Origin: Chitinophaga pinensis
GTDB taxonomy: Bacteria; Bacteroidota; Bacteroidia; 2-12-FULL-35-15
DNA: 64,000 nt
NCBI GenBank assembly: GCA_945865315.1
Contig: CAMBDK010000001.1
Coordinates: 4,378-68,377, forward strand
Reading direction: 5' to 3'
Translations under genes and position numbers: made by a program
Notes under the pieces: model-generated
Seen by the model: only the letters and a program-made list of their open reading frames with translations
Databases searched by the model: none
Told to the model about the DNA's origin: nothing
Part shown: in pieces, positions 19,315 through 28,031 of the stretch
Layout: each line of letters begins with the position of its first letter
Position numbering within the stretch: the stretch's first letter is position 1

Positions 19315-20883
19315 TTAGTCCCCTTTAGCTCCATTTTCAATCCAACATTGAATTAAATCTCTTTCCTCCTGTGTCATATTAGTTTTATTTCCTTGGGGCA
19401 TTGTTTTAGTAATAACAGCCCTTACTAATATTCGTTGTGCATATTTAATTATATTCTTGTTATCGTCAAACATAATTCCGTTAGGTGCTATTTTCTGATT
19501 TTCATCAGTTGGATTAGCAGAGTGGCACTGAATGCATCTTTTTACCATAATTTCTTTAACTTGTGAAATATTTGAAGCTTGTCCTTCCTTACAAACTGAT
19601 TTTTTTTGTGGCGATGTTAAAATTGCTAAGCCTATCATTCCAACAATGGCTAAAGGTAAAATCCAGATTGCTTTTTCCCCTTTCTCAATAAGGTTTAAAT
19701 AATGCTTTACCAAAACACTAACTAATGATAAACCCATTAAAATAAACCAGTTTAAAACATTTCCATAAGTGCTTGGAAAGTGATTGCTAATCATAATAAA
19801 AATAACTGGCAAGGTAAAATAATTATTATGTAAGGATCTTAAAAGGGCTTTTTTAGCAAGTGCTGTATCTACTATTTTACCTTCCTTAGCGGCATTTACC
19901 ATTGCTTTTTGGGAGGGGATAATAACTCTAAATACATTTCCAACCATGATGGTGCCGATAATTGCACCAACGTGAATATAGGCTGCCCTGCTACTAAAAA
20001 CCTGCGTAAGGAGCCAAGATGCTCCAGTAATAAATAAAAATAATATTAAGCCAAATAGTAGTTTTTTTTGTGAAATTACAGATTTGCAAAGACTGTCATA
20101 AATTAGCCAGCTAATCAATAATGAACCTATTCCAATTAAAACGGCTGCTGTTGGTGAAAGGTCTAAAACAGAAGTATCAATTAAGTAAGCCTTTGCATCT
20201 AAATAATAAACAACTACTAACAAGGTGAAGCCTGATAGCCAAGTAAAATAGGCTTCATATTTAAACCAATGCAGATCTTTTGGGACTTCGGAAGGAACAG
20301 CTTTGTATTTTTCAAGGTAGTAAACTCCTCCTCCATGCACCGCCCATAAATTACCTGCTATTTCATCTCTTAATCCTTTTGTACGATTTAAACTGTTTTC
20401 TAAAAAGTTAAAATAAAATGAAGCGCCTATCCAAGCTATTCCAAAAACAACATGTGCCCACCTTACTATTAAATTAATCCATTCAACAGTATATGACTCT
20501 AGGGGTGTTCCACTAACAAAGCAATAAGAATTATAAAAACAAAAAATTATTAAGCTGCAGTAGAATAAAACAGATTTTACCTCTTTTAATTCATCAATTT
20601 TACTTTTAAATTTAGTATTTAAATTCAAATTACCATTTTTGGGGTCTGAATTTTCTTCATCGGTTAACTCTAATGCTTTTATAGCTATGTTTAATGCCGA
20701 TATAATTAACAGTATAAAAGCAGAAGGAATTAATATAATTAAAAAATCATTTCTATTAAAGTGAGTGGTAAAAACTTCTGTAGCAGACAAGTCCCCTGCA
20801 AAAAACAAGAAAAATAAAAATAAAAATATTTTTGATGAAGAAACAACTTTGCACATTAATGATGGAAACCTCCTGTTTATCAT
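19315..20883 (-). CDS. puuD: Membrane urate hydroxylase with C-terminal cytochrome c domain and N-terminal extension
   Basis: RWAHVVFGIAWIGASFYF, LWAVHGGG, LHWFKYEAYFTWLSG, NVFRVIIPSQ, RSLHNNYFTLPV, MISNHFP, CIQCH heme motif, MPQGN. Confidence 0.92.
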   Translation of the reverse strand: MINRRFPSLMCKVVSSSKIFLFLFFLFFAGDLSATEVFTTHFNRNDFLIILIPSAFILLIISALNIAIKALELTDEENSDPKNGNLNLNTKFKSKIDELKEVKSVLFYCSLIIFCFYNSYCFVSGTPLESYTVEWINLIVRWAHVVFGIAWIGASFYFNFLENSLNRTKGLRDEIAGNLWAVHGGGVYYLEKYKAVPSEVPKDLHWFKYEAYFTWLSGFTLLVVVYYLDAKAYLIDTSVLDLSPTAAVLIGIGSLLISWLIYDSLCKSVISQKKLLFGLILFLFITGASWLLTQVFSSRAAYIHVGAIIGTIMVGNVFRVIIPSQKAMVNAAKEGKIVDTALAKKALLRSLHNNYFTLPVIFIMISNHFPSTYGNVLNWFILMGLSLVSVLVKHYLNLIEKGEKAIWILPLAIVGMIGLAILTSPQKKSVCKEGQASNISQVKEIMVKRCIQCHSANPTDENQKIAPNGIMFDDNKNIIKYAQRILVRAVITKTMPQGNKTNMTQEERDLIQCWIENGAKGD

Positions 20884-21126
20884 ATTTTTTTTACTTATGC
20901 TATTAAATTATTAATCTATTAATCAAAAATAATATTAAAACTTTGTTTTTAATGAAAACGGCATTTTTTTTAAAATAGATTTTTAAAAAAACAAATCATT
21001 TTTTTGAAATAACCGGCATCGATTATTTATTTTATAAAAGCTTTAAATTAATTAAAATATTTTTTTCAAATTTAATAAGCTTTAATAACCCATTAATTTA
21101 TTGCCTAAATATATAAACAAGTTTAA

Positions 21127-21134
21127 TACATTTG
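21127..21134 (+). promoter_or_regulatory. Bacteroidota -7 promoter box upstream of allB
   Basis: TACATTTG matches TAnnTTTG, 20 bp before ATG 21154. Confidence 0.55.
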
Positions 21135-21153
21135 TAAAAATTGCATTATTATC

Positions 21154-22536
21154 ATGAAAAATATATTACCAGATTTTGGCTTACATAGTACTAATGTTCT
21201 AATTAAAAACGAATTTCAGGATGCTACACTGTTAATTAAAGATGGTGTTATTTCAGATATTATTTTAGGTCAAATAGGAACCCCCGACTTTGAAATTGAA
21301 GAATTGGGTAAATTAGTTGTAATGCCCGGCATCATTGATTCGCATGTTCATGTTAACGAACCGGGGAGGACAGAATGGGAGGGTTTTCAGACGATCACTA
21401 AGGCGGCAATTGCAGGGGGAATTACTACATTGGTAGATATGCCTTTAAATGCTAGCCCGGTTACTACTTCTGCGCAGGCATTTTTACATAAATTGGAGGC
21501 TACTAAAGGTAAGCTGTATTGCAATTGTGGCTTTTGGGGAGGTATTGTACCTGATAATTTAGATCAATTAGAAGAATTAATTAAAGCAGGGGTATTGGGT
21601 ATAAAAGCTTTTTTAACACATTCAGGCATCGATGAATTCCCAAATATCAGTGCTTCCGAGCTTAAAAGAGGAATACCTATTATAGCAAAATATAATATTC
21701 CATTATTGGCCCATGCCGAAATTGATGAAATGCATCCCGGTATTTTAGCATTTGAAAAAAATCCTACAAATTACAATTCATTTCTTGGCTCTCGCCCAAA
21801 AGAATGGGAAGATAAGGCGGTAGAGCTGTTAATTGAATTGTGTGGAGAGTTTAATTGCAGAGTTCATATTGTGCACTTATCTTCAGCAAACAGCATTGAA
21901 AAAATTGAAATAGCAAAGGCGGATGGATTGCCATTATCAGTAGAAACATGCCCTCAGTACCTATACTTTAATGCAGAAACGATACCTGATAATAACACAC
22001 TTTTTAAATGTGCTCCACCTATTCGTGAAAAAGAAAATAATGATAAACTCTGGGATGCTTTAAAAAGAGGTACAATAGATTTTATTGTTACAGACCATTC
22101 ACCGGCTACCCCAGAATTAAAAAGAGTAGAATCTGGTAATTTAAAGGAAGCGTGGGGAGGCATTGCTTCTATACAGTTTTCACTACCTGTTGTATGGACC
22201 GCAGCTAAAAAAAGAGGTTTTAACGTAAATGAAATTGCAACACTAATGTGTGCCAATACTGCTCAATTTATTGGTTATGGAAATACTAAAGGCAAGATAG
22301 AAAAAGGGTTTGATGCAGATTTAGTAGTTTGGGATCCCGAACAAAAATTTGTTGTCAAAAAATCGGATATTCATTTTCGCCATAAAATAAGTCCTTATAT
22401 CGGCGAGGAGCTTTATGGCGTTGTTAAACAAACTTATGTAGGAGGTAAAAAGGTTTATGAAAACATGCAGGATGGAAAGACAGTTGAATTTTTCATATCT
22501 TTACCACAAGGGAAATTACTCATTAAAAACCAATAA
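21154..22536 (+). CDS. allB: Allantoinase (amidohydrolase family)
   Basis: DSHVHVNEPGRTEWEGF, DMPLN, HAE, HIVHLS, KCAPPIR, TDHSP, AWGGI; purine-catabolic context. Confidence 0.93.
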   Translation: MKNILPDFGLHSTNVLIKNEFQDATLLIKDGVISDIILGQIGTPDFEIEELGKLVVMPGIIDSHVHVNEPGRTEWEGFQTITKAAIAGGITTLVDMPLNASPVTTSAQAFLHKLEATKGKLYCNCGFWGGIVPDNLDQLEELIKAGVLGIKAFLTHSGIDEFPNISASELKRGIPIIAKYNIPLLAHAEIDEMHPGILAFEKNPTNYNSFLGSRPKEWEDKAVELLIELCGEFNCRVHIVHLSSANSIEKIEIAKADGLPLSVETCPQYLYFNAETIPDNNTLFKCAPPIREKENNDKLWDALKRGTIDFIVTDHSPATPELKRVESGNLKEAWGGIASIQFSLPVVWTAAKKRGFNVNEIATLMCANTAQFIGYGNTKGKIEKGFDADLVVWDPEQKFVVKKSDIHFRHKISPYIGEELYGVVKQTYVGGKKVYENMQDGKTVEFFISLPQGKLLIKNQ

Positions 22537-22549
22537 TTTAATTTAATAA

Positions 22550-22873
22550 ATGATGACAGAAAAAAAAATTGCAACTTTTGAAGAGTTTTATCCTTTTTAT
22601 CTCGATCAGCACAGCCATTTTTGGAATAGGATAACTCATTTTATTGGTACAAGTATTTTTTTATTTTTAGCAGTTTTAGCCATAGTAAAAACTGATATTT
22701 TAATTTTCTTTATTGGTATTTTTTCAGCATATTTTTTTGCTTGGATAGGTCATTTTTTTATTGAAAAAAATAAACCGGCAACATTTAAATATCCTTGGAT
22801 GTCCTTAAAAGGAGATTTTAAATTATATTTCGAAATTTGCACAGGAAAGCAAAAGTTTAATGTCAAGAAATAA
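22550..22873 (+). CDS. DUF962 / Mpo1-like small membrane protein
   Basis: FYPFYLDQH...THFIG...AWIGHFFIEKNKPATF.YP..SL.GD signature. Confidence 0.85.
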   Translation: MMTEKKIATFEEFYPFYLDQHSHFWNRITHFIGTSIFLFLAVLAIVKTDILIFFIGIFSAYFFAWIGHFFIEKNKPATFKYPWMSLKGDFKLYFEICTGKQKFNVKK

Positions 22874-22981
22874 ATTTAAGTTAATCTGTTATTAAGAAAT
22901 TTATTTTTGTATCCTTTTGCAAAAAAAGTAATTGTAAATTATTTCACTCCTAAAAAAAGCATAAAAAAGCATAAAATAAAT

Positions 22982-24001
22982 ATGGAAATTAATCAAACAA
23001 AACAGCCAGATTTTACTTCCTTTATCGATCTTGCATCAGAACGTTTAGGTGGTGAGGCTATCAGTTGCAGTGATGATTTTTTTGCTGAAAAAGAAAATCT
23101 GTTAAAAAATGGAAGAGGCATTTTTATTGCCGACAAATATACCGACAGAGGGAAATGGATGGATGGTTGGGAATCCCGAAGAAAAAGACAGCCGGGACAC
23201 GATTGGTGCATAATAAAACTTGGCGCATCGGGAATTATTAAAGGCTTTGACATTGATACAAATTTTTTTTTAGGAAACCACCCCCCTTTTGCATCCATTG
23301 AAGCTTGTTTTATTTCTTCTGATGAGTCTAATACAATAGAACAATTTGAAAAAGCTAAATGGATAGAAATATTACCAAAATCTTTTTTGAATGCAGGCAG
23401 TCAAAACTTTTTTGAGATTACAAACAATAAAATATGGACACATTTACGATTGAATATTTATCCCGATGGAGGCGTAGCGAGATTAAAAGTGTATGGCACA
23501 GTTTTTAAAAATTGGGATATTATTTCAACTAATGAATTGATTGACCTTGCTGCGGCTGTTAATGGCGCAAAATCAGTAATGTGTAACGATATGTTTTTTA
23601 GTCATATGGATAATTTAATAATGCCTGGGCGTGGTTATAACATGGGAGATGGTTGGGAAACAAAACGAAATAGGACTCCTAAAAATCGTGATTGGGTAAT
23701 TGTAAAACTTGCACATATTGGTGAAATTAAATCTGCATTGGTCGATACTTTTCATTTTAAAGGAAATTACCCCGATACTTGTTCCATTGAAGGAATAAAC
23801 ATTGGTGAATTAAATACTGATTTAAGTTCCAATGATTTAATTTGGACAGAAGTATTACCATTAACCAAATTACATGCGGACCAGGAACATTTTTTCGAAA
23901 ATGAAATTTTACCAACTGGGCCACTTTCTCACATTCGTTTAAATATATTTCCAGATGGAGGAATAAGCCGTTTGCGATTATTTGGCTTGGTAAGTAAATA
24001 A
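22982..24001 (+). CDS. alc: Allantoicase
   Basis: Two allantoicase repeats: DGWESRRKR / DGWETKRNR and NIYPDGGVARL / NIFPDGGISRL. ATG 22982 is the likelier start. Confidence 0.95.
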   Translation: MEINQTKQPDFTSFIDLASERLGGEAISCSDDFFAEKENLLKNGRGIFIADKYTDRGKWMDGWESRRKRQPGHDWCIIKLGASGIIKGFDIDTNFFLGNHPPFASIEACFISSDESNTIEQFEKAKWIEILPKSFLNAGSQNFFEITNNKIWTHLRLNIYPDGGVARLKVYGTVFKNWDIISTNELIDLAAAVNGAKSVMCNDMFFSHMDNLIMPGRGYNMGDGWETKRNRTPKNRDWVIVKLAHIGEIKSALVDTFHFKGNYPDTCSIEGINIGELNTDLSSNDLIWTEVLPLTKLHADQEHFFENEILPTGPLSHIRLNIFPDGGISRLRLFGLVSK

Positions 24002-24044
24002 ATTATATTTCGATCATAACTATATTCTAATTTTTGAACATTTA

Positions 24045-24548
24045 ATGACCATAGAAGAATTAAATAATTTAAGTACGGAAAAAGCCTTTGAAGAATTATT
24101 TAAGTGCTGTGGCTGCACAGTTTGGGCGCAAAACATTGTAGATTTCAGACCTTTTAATAGCAAATCCGATTTATTAAAAGTTTCAGATATGGCATGGATA
24201 AGTTGCGACATGACAGAAGGATTGGAAGCATTTTCGCACCATCCTAAAATAGGAGATTTAAAAAGTTTAGAAAAAAAATTTTCAACTACTAAAGTATGGG
24301 CTGCAGATGAGCAATCGGGAGTGGATGTAGCAACCGATAAAACACTTATTGATCTTGATATAAGCAATAAACTTTATGAAGATAAATTTGGATTTATTTT
24401 TATTGTTTGCGCTACAGGTAAAACAGCTACTGAAATGTTAGCATTGCTTAAAGCTCGTTTAATGAACGATCTAGAAGTAGAATTTAAAATAGCTATGAAA
24501 GAACAAAATAAAATTACCCATATTAGATTAGATAAATTGATACAATGA
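24045..24548 (+). CDS. uraD: OHCU decarboxylase
   Basis: EAFSHHPKIG, EQSGV, YEDKFGFIFIVCATG, EQNKITHIRL. Confidence 0.95.
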   Translation: MTIEELNNLSTEKAFEELFKCCGCTVWAQNIVDFRPFNSKSDLLKVSDMAWISCDMTEGLEAFSHHPKIGDLKSLEKKFSTTKVWAADEQSGVDVATDKTLIDLDISNKLYEDKFGFIFIVCATGKTATEMLALLKARLMNDLEVEFKIAMKEQNKITHIRLDKLIQ

Positions 24549-24886
24549 GTCAGATAACAACCCATATATTAGATACTTCATTAGGGAAACCAGCGCAAGG
24601 TGTAACAATTGTTTTGGAGCAATTTATCGATAATGAAAAATGGCAAGTACTAGGCAGTGGTAAAACAAATTCAGATGGCCGGCTTCCTAATTTAGTTTCT
24701 TCCGAAAAATTATTAAAAACAGGCCATTACCGATTAATATTTGACACAGCTTCCTATTTTAAAATACAAGGTATTAAAGGGTTTTATCCATCCGTTACTG
24801 TTACCTTCGAATTATCTGATGAGTCGCATTACCATGTTCCTTTATTATTAAATCCTTATGGGTATTCAACTTATAGAGGGAGTTAA
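24545..24886 (+). CDS. uraH: 5-hydroxyisourate hydrolase (transthyretin-like)
   Basis: ITTHILDT..GKPA, TNSDGR, HYHVPLLL.PYGYSTYRGS; ATGA overlap with uraD. Confidence 0.96.
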   Translation: MSQITTHILDTSLGKPAQGVTIVLEQFIDNEKWQVLGSGKTNSDGRLPNLVSSEKLLKTGHYRLIFDTASYFKIQGIKGFYPSVTVTFELSDESHYHVPLLLNPYGYSTYRGS

Positions 24887-25019
24887 AATGGTTTTCTTAA
24901 TTAATCTGTAAGCAAAATTGAAAAAAAAATTAATAAAATAATTTAATTTACTAACAAAAAAACCCTTAAATGCTTTCAATTATTTTAAAGGGAGTATAAA
25001 GCGAGAGCAATTAATAAAA

Positions 25020-26462
25020 ATGAAACTATCAATTCCAAAAACAGAAAATGAATTTATCCTAAATGAATTAGGAAAAGCAAATAAAGCATTTCAAAAAATT
25101 TATTCGGGTGATAAGCCTGACAGACAGCCTGTTCATACTGTTTATGGTGGAGCAGATTTGTTTTCGTCAGATACAGCAGAAAAAATGGGACAAGCTGCTC
25201 TAAATACTCTTTTAAATAATGCGCCTAACTTTGTTGAATTTGCTAGAGCTATCGAATTAACGGGGTATAACTCATTGCCTACCGCAACTGTTGAAATAGA
25301 AAATTTAATAAAAAAAATGGATAATAGTTCGGAATCCGAACGTAAAAAAGAAATACATTGGTTGGCTTATACCACCTATAATAAAGTAATAAATAAACTG
25401 AAAACGGAGGCGCTAGAAGATTTTAGAATTGATTTTGAAGATGGTTTCGGCAATCGTTCCTGGGAAGAAGAAGACGCTACTGCCGAAAAGGCGGCAATAG
25501 AAGTTGCAAAAGGGATGAAGGCGAACTCTCTCCCTCCTTTTATTGGGATTCGTATTAAACCATTTACTGAAGATTTAAAAGAACGTGGTGCACGTACGCT
25601 GGATATTTTTCTTTCTACTTTATCGAAAGAAACTAATGGTAAATTGCCAAATAACTTCGTTGTAATGCTGCCTAAAGTTAGTATTCCTGAGCAAATAGGC
25701 GCCCTAATAAAATTGTTTGAAACCATTGAAGCTAACACCGAAATTGAAAGTGGTGCAATTAAAATGGAAATGATGGTGGAAACAACACAGGCTGTTATTG
25801 ACAAGGATGGAAAAAATCCTTTAAGGTCATTTTTAGAGGCCAGCAAAGGGAGAATGATAGCAACCGCTTTCGGCACTTATGATTATACGGCTGCTTGTAA
25901 TATTACTGCTAAATATCAGGATATGGGACATGCTGTTTGTGATTTTGCGCACCATTTTATGAAAGTTTCCTTAGGAGCTACAGGCATATGGCTTTCTGAC
26001 GGAGCTACCAATGTAATGCCTATAGGACCGCACAGAGGGAATAATCTCACTGCAGATCAAATTGCTGAGAACAAAAGGGTGGTTTTTAATAATTGGAAAA
26101 AAGCGTATAATCACACACGTTATTCATTATGGAAAGGTTTGTATCAGGGCTGGGATCTTAATCCTGCTCAATTTCCAATGCGTTATGCCGCTGTTTATTC
26201 CTTTTTCTTGGAAAGTTATGAAGATGCTGCCAAAAGGTTGAAAGCTTTTGTAGAAAAGGCTGCAAGAGCAACATTGACTGATGATGTTTTTGATGACGCT
26301 GCTACTGGTCAAGGTTTACTTAATTATTTCTTGAGGGCTTTAAATTGTGGGGCTATTTCAACCGAAGATGTTTCGGCAACAGGTTTAACAATTGAAGAAA
26401 TAAGGACTCGGTCCTTTCTTAAAATATTAGACGGCAGAAGAAATAAAATATCTGCAATTTAA
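25020..26462 (+). CDS. Uncharacterised HpcH/CitE/malyl-CoA-lyase superfamily TIM-barrel protein (DUF6986-like)
   Basis: RQPVHTVYGGA, RIDFEDG, GIRIKP, LPKV, MMVET, FGTYDY, LSDGATN and QGWDLNPAQ parallel the CitE motifs DLED, RIN, LPK, IET, FGxxD and HPxQ. Confidence 0.75.
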   Translation: MKLSIPKTENEFILNELGKANKAFQKIYSGDKPDRQPVHTVYGGADLFSSDTAEKMGQAALNTLLNNAPNFVEFARAIELTGYNSLPTATVEIENLIKKMDNSSESERKKEIHWLAYTTYNKVINKLKTEALEDFRIDFEDGFGNRSWEEEDATAEKAAIEVAKGMKANSLPPFIGIRIKPFTEDLKERGARTLDIFLSTLSKETNGKLPNNFVVMLPKVSIPEQIGALIKLFETIEANTEIESGAIKMEMMVETTQAVIDKDGKNPLRSFLEASKGRMIATAFGTYDYTAACNITAKYQDMGHAVCDFAHHFMKVSLGATGIWLSDGATNVMPIGPHRGNNLTADQIAENKRVVFNNWKKAYNHTRYSLWKGLYQGWDLNPAQFPMRYAAVYSFFLESYEDAAKRLKAFVEKAARATLTDDVFDDAATGQGLLNYFLRALNCGAISTEDVSATGLTIEEIRTRSFLKILDGRRNKISAI

Positions 26463-26599
26463 TAAATTCTTAGAAATTAATTGTTTTATTTGAAATTGTA
26501 AATCCTATTTAATTCGATTTTTTAATGATCGTATAATTCCTGTAATAATTGAATTTGTTTGGTTTTAATTAAATTTCAAATTAGTAAAAATATAGAAAC

Positions 26600-27070
26600 A
26601 TGAAAACGATACACCAGTGGCTATCTGAATATGGTGAAAGCCATCAGAATAAAACAAATAAAACTATTCACTGGATTTGTGTACCTCTTATTATGTTTAG
26701 TTTGGTAGGACTATTGTGGTCAATTCCTAAACCGGAAATTTTTAACAAGGCTGAATTTCCTTTTAATTTTGGTGTTGTTTTTATGGTTTTAGCATTGTTT
26801 TATTATATGTTTTTATCCTGGCGTTTAGCAATAGGGATGTTCTTTGTTTTATTAGGTTTACTTCTTGGCAATTTTTACTTATCAATGCTCGGAAATACTT
26901 GCTTATGTATTATTTCCATTATTATTTTTGTAATTGCATGGGTGGGGCAGTTTATTGGTCATAACATTGAAGGAAAAAAACCGTCTTTTTTAAAAGACCT
27001 GCTGTTTTTATTGATAGGGCCTGTATGGCTTTTAAGTTTTATTTATAAAAAATTAAACATCCCATTTTAA
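26600..27070 (+). CDS. DUF962 / Mpo1-like membrane protein (second, longer type)
   Basis: YGESHQN..N..IHWICVP...QFIGHNIEGKKPSF..DL.FLLIGP. Confidence 0.88.
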   Translation: MKTIHQWLSEYGESHQNKTNKTIHWICVPLIMFSLVGLLWSIPKPEIFNKAEFPFNFGVVFMVLALFYYMFLSWRLAIGMFFVLLGLLLGNFYLSMLGNTCLCIISIIIFVIAWVGQFIGHNIEGKKPSFLKDLLFLLIGPVWLLSFIYKKLNIPF

Positions 27071-27080
27071 ATTGGTTTCT

Positions 27081-28031
27081 ATGCGATTGTTTTTATTTGG
27101 TTTTATTTTATTTCCTTTTTCAATGAATGCACAGATGCTTCAGATACAAAATCCGCTAAGGTTTTTATCCTTAGGCGACTCCTATACCATTGGCCAAAAT
27201 GTTCCTGCTAATAATACATGGCCAGCTCAATTAAAAGATTCATTATTATCAAGAGGTTATACTTTAGATACTACCCAAATTATTGCAACTACAGGATGGA
27301 CTACCAATAACTTAATTAATGCTATTGACAATCAGGGGCTCGAAAATAAAAACTTTAATCTAGTTTCATTATTAATAGGTGTTAATAATCAATACCAGGG
27401 GATTTCATTAAATCAATTTAATATAGAATTCCCTCAACTTATTGATTCGGCTATTCGGTATGCTGGTGGAGACAAAAATCGTGTTTTTATTGTTTCGATA
27501 CCAGATTACGCCTATACACCTTTTGGACAAGCAGGCGGAAATGCGACACAAATAAGCTTGCAAATTGACCAATATAATGCCATCAGCAAAAATTTTGCGG
27601 ATAATTTAAATATAAAATATTTTGACATTACCCCAATTTCTAGGCAGGGTTTAATACAAACGGACTTGGTTGCTAATGATGGCTTACATCCCTCTGCAAA
27701 GCAATATGGCATGTGGGTTGAGTTAATGCTTCAATATATTGACAGTATTAATATAATTACAATTGAAGTTTTGGCAAATAAAGATACTGGACTTAATATT
27801 TTTCCTAACCCCGTTAAGGATTTTATTTATTTCGACCTTCCTATGAAAGAGATACCTGCTTCATTTGAAGTCAAACTTTTTTCAATGGAAGGGAAATTTA
27901 TAAAGTCTGAAATTTTAACTGAAAGCAAACAGAAGCTTTTAGTGAAGAACCTAAATAATGGATTTTATTTATTAAATATTTCGAACAAAAATGGTGTTAA
28001 TATGAATTTAAAAATTTCTAAAGTCGAATGA
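27081..28031 (+). CDS. SGNH/GDSL hydrolase with T9SS type A sorting domain
   Basis: GDSYT, TTGWTT, IGVNNQY, DGLHP; C-terminal IFPNP...GFYLLNI...KISK. Confidence 0.88.
   Translation: MRLFLFGFILFPFSMNAQMLQIQNPLRFLSLGDSYTIGQNVPANNTWPAQLKDSLLSRGYTLDTTQIIATTGWTTNNLINAIDNQGLENKNFNLVSLLIGVNNQYQGISLNQFNIEFPQLIDSAIRYAGGDKNRVFIVSIPDYAYTPFGQAGGNATQISLQIDQYNAISKNFADNLNIKYFDITPISRQGLIQTDLVANDGLHPSAKQYGMWVELMLQYIDSINIITIEVLANKDTGLNIFPNPVKDFIYFDLPMKEIPASFEVKLFSMEGKFIKSEILTESKQKLLVKNLNNGFYLLNISNKNGVNMNLKISKVE

Noticed and set aside
20955..21025. Repeated CGGCAT words in the puuD/allB divergent spacer as an operator
   Set aside because: Only two 6-bp matches with no clear symmetry; could be chance.
21954..26312. 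Minus-strand ORFs overlapping allB, alc, uraD and the DUF6986-like gene (including 166 aa at 25376..25876)
   Set aside because: Antisense to well-supported genes, with no recognisable motifs.
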